Below are positions 36,311-37,363 of a DNA stretch of 37,363 nt, one piece after another. A program made the position numbers and the translations under genes. Under the pieces are notes generated by a model, which searched no databases, was not told where the DNA came from, and was given only the letters and a program-made list of their open reading frames with translations. Source of the stretch: a virus (lineage: Duplodnaviria; Heunggongvirae; Uroviricota; Caudoviricetes); the IMG/VR virus record IMGVR_UViG_2718218309_000005, positions 1 through 37,363 of that record, one strand, 5' to 3'. Each line of letters begins with the position of its first letter. The first letter of the stretch is position 1.

Positions 36311-37363
36311 ATGGCAGTACGAAAACTCACCACAGGAAAATGGCTTTGCGAATGTTACCCCGCCGGACGTAGTGGACGTCGTGTGCGTAAACAATTCGCC
36401 ACCAAAGGCGAAGCTCTGGCTTTTGAGCGTCACACGATGGAAGAAACCGAAGCAAAACCCTGGCTGGGTGAATCAGTGGATCGTCGAACACTGAAAGACG
36501 TGGTTGAGCTATGGTTCAAACTACATGGTAAATCTCTGACGGCTGGGCAGCATGTCTATGACAAATTGCTGTTGATGGTTGACGCTCTGGGAAATCCCAT
36601 TGCAACCGATCTCACCTCTAAAATGTTTGCCCACTATAGAGATAAACGCCTGACAGGAGAGATCTACTTCAGCGAAAAATGGAAGAAAGGAGCAAGCCCG
36701 GTCACCGTTAACCTGGAGCAAAGCTATCTAAGTAGTGTTTTTAGCGAACTATCCCGCCTGGGCGAATGGTCGTATCCGAACCCACTGGAGAACATGCGAA
36801 AATTCACCATCGCAGAAAAAGAGATGGCATGGCTTACCCATGAACAGATTGTTGAATTGCTGGCTGATTGCAAACGTCAGGACCCAATTCTGGCCCTGGT
36901 AGTCAAGATCTGCTTAAGCACAGGCGCACGCTGGCGAGAAGCAATAAATCTTACCCGTTCACAGGTGACTAAATACCGAATTACCTTTGTCAGAACGAAA
37001 GGGAAGAAAAACAGAAGCATCCCTATCAGTAAAGAGCTTTACGAAGAGATCATGGCGCTTGATGGGTTCAATTTCTTCACAGACTGCTATTTTCAATTTT
37101 TATCCGTGATGGAAAAAACGTCTATCGTGCTCCCTCGCGGTCAACTCACACACGTTCTGCGCCATACGTTTGCGGCGCACTTCATGATGTCGGGTGGAAA
37201 CATTCTGGCCTTACAAAAAATTCTCGGACACCACGATATAAAAATGACGATGCGTTACGCACATCTGGCACCGGATCATCTGGAAACGGCGCTCCGTTTC
37301 AATCCTCTGGCAACGCTGCCAAGTGGCGACAAAGTGGCGGCAGCGGTTGGCATTACCCCGTAA
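36311..37363 (+). CDS. int: tyrosine integrase (P2/186 family)
   Basis: 350 aa with ..HVLRHTFAAHFMMSGG.. and ..MRYAHL.. catalytic region; GGAGGG RBS. Confidence 0.9.
   Translation: MAVRKLTTGKWLCECYPAGRSGRRVRKQFATKGEALAFERHTMEETEAKPWLGESVDRRTLKDVVELWFKLHGKSLTAGQHVYDKLLLMVDALGNPIATDLTSKMFAHYRDKRLTGEIYFSEKWKKGASPVTVNLEQSYLSSVFSELSRLGEWSYPNPLENMRKFTIAEKEMAWLTHEQIVELLADCKRQDPILALVVKICLSTGARWREAINLTRSQVTKYRITFVRTKGKKNRSIPISKELYEEIMALDGFNFFTDCYFQFLSVMEKTSIVLPRGQLTHVLRHTFAAHFMMSGGNILALQKILGHHDIKMTMRYAHLAPDHLETALRFNPLATLPSGDKVAAAVGITP

Larger units (their letters stand above)
2777..37363. mobile_element. P2/186-family prophage (attR side to int; attL outside window)
   Basis: Contiguous P2-order structural, lysis, packaging, replication, switch and integrase genes; left boundary only bracketed between 2621 and 2855. 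Confidence 0.85.

Overview
The first ~2.8 kb is enterobacterial (E. coli-like) chromosome: grxA, ybjM and ybjL. From there to the window end (int, stop at 37363) the window is one nearly complete P2/186-family prophage; attR must lie between ybjL (ends 2620) and ogr (2856) and attL is outside the window. Gene order follows the P2 late map: ogr/B, D-U-T-E/E'-FII-FI, a Hin/Gin-type invertase with a ~1.97 kb invertible tail-fibre segment, G-H-I-J-W-V, S-R, the lysis cassette, X, L-M-N-O, divergent P-Q, a cos-like site, a LexA-box-controlled small ORF plus DinI-like gene, replication gene A (apparently frameshifted), a Dam methylase, early genes, and a 186-type switch (cII, apl, cI) before int. 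Three visibly AT-rich cargo loci interrupt this backbone. The most interesting is a three-gene cassette between cI and int (33718-36232): a membrane-anchored protein, a GNAT-like/ASCH-like two-domain protein and a standalone ASCH protein, which I cannot assign to any named system. The others are a single RelA/SpoT-domain (toxSAS, CapRel-like) gene between portal gene Q and cos, and an HNH-motif gene on the opposite strand between V and S. All assignments rest on reading the supplied translations and sequence by eye and on recall of P2/186 proteins; no database search was run, and hand-counted motif coordinates may be off by a base or two.
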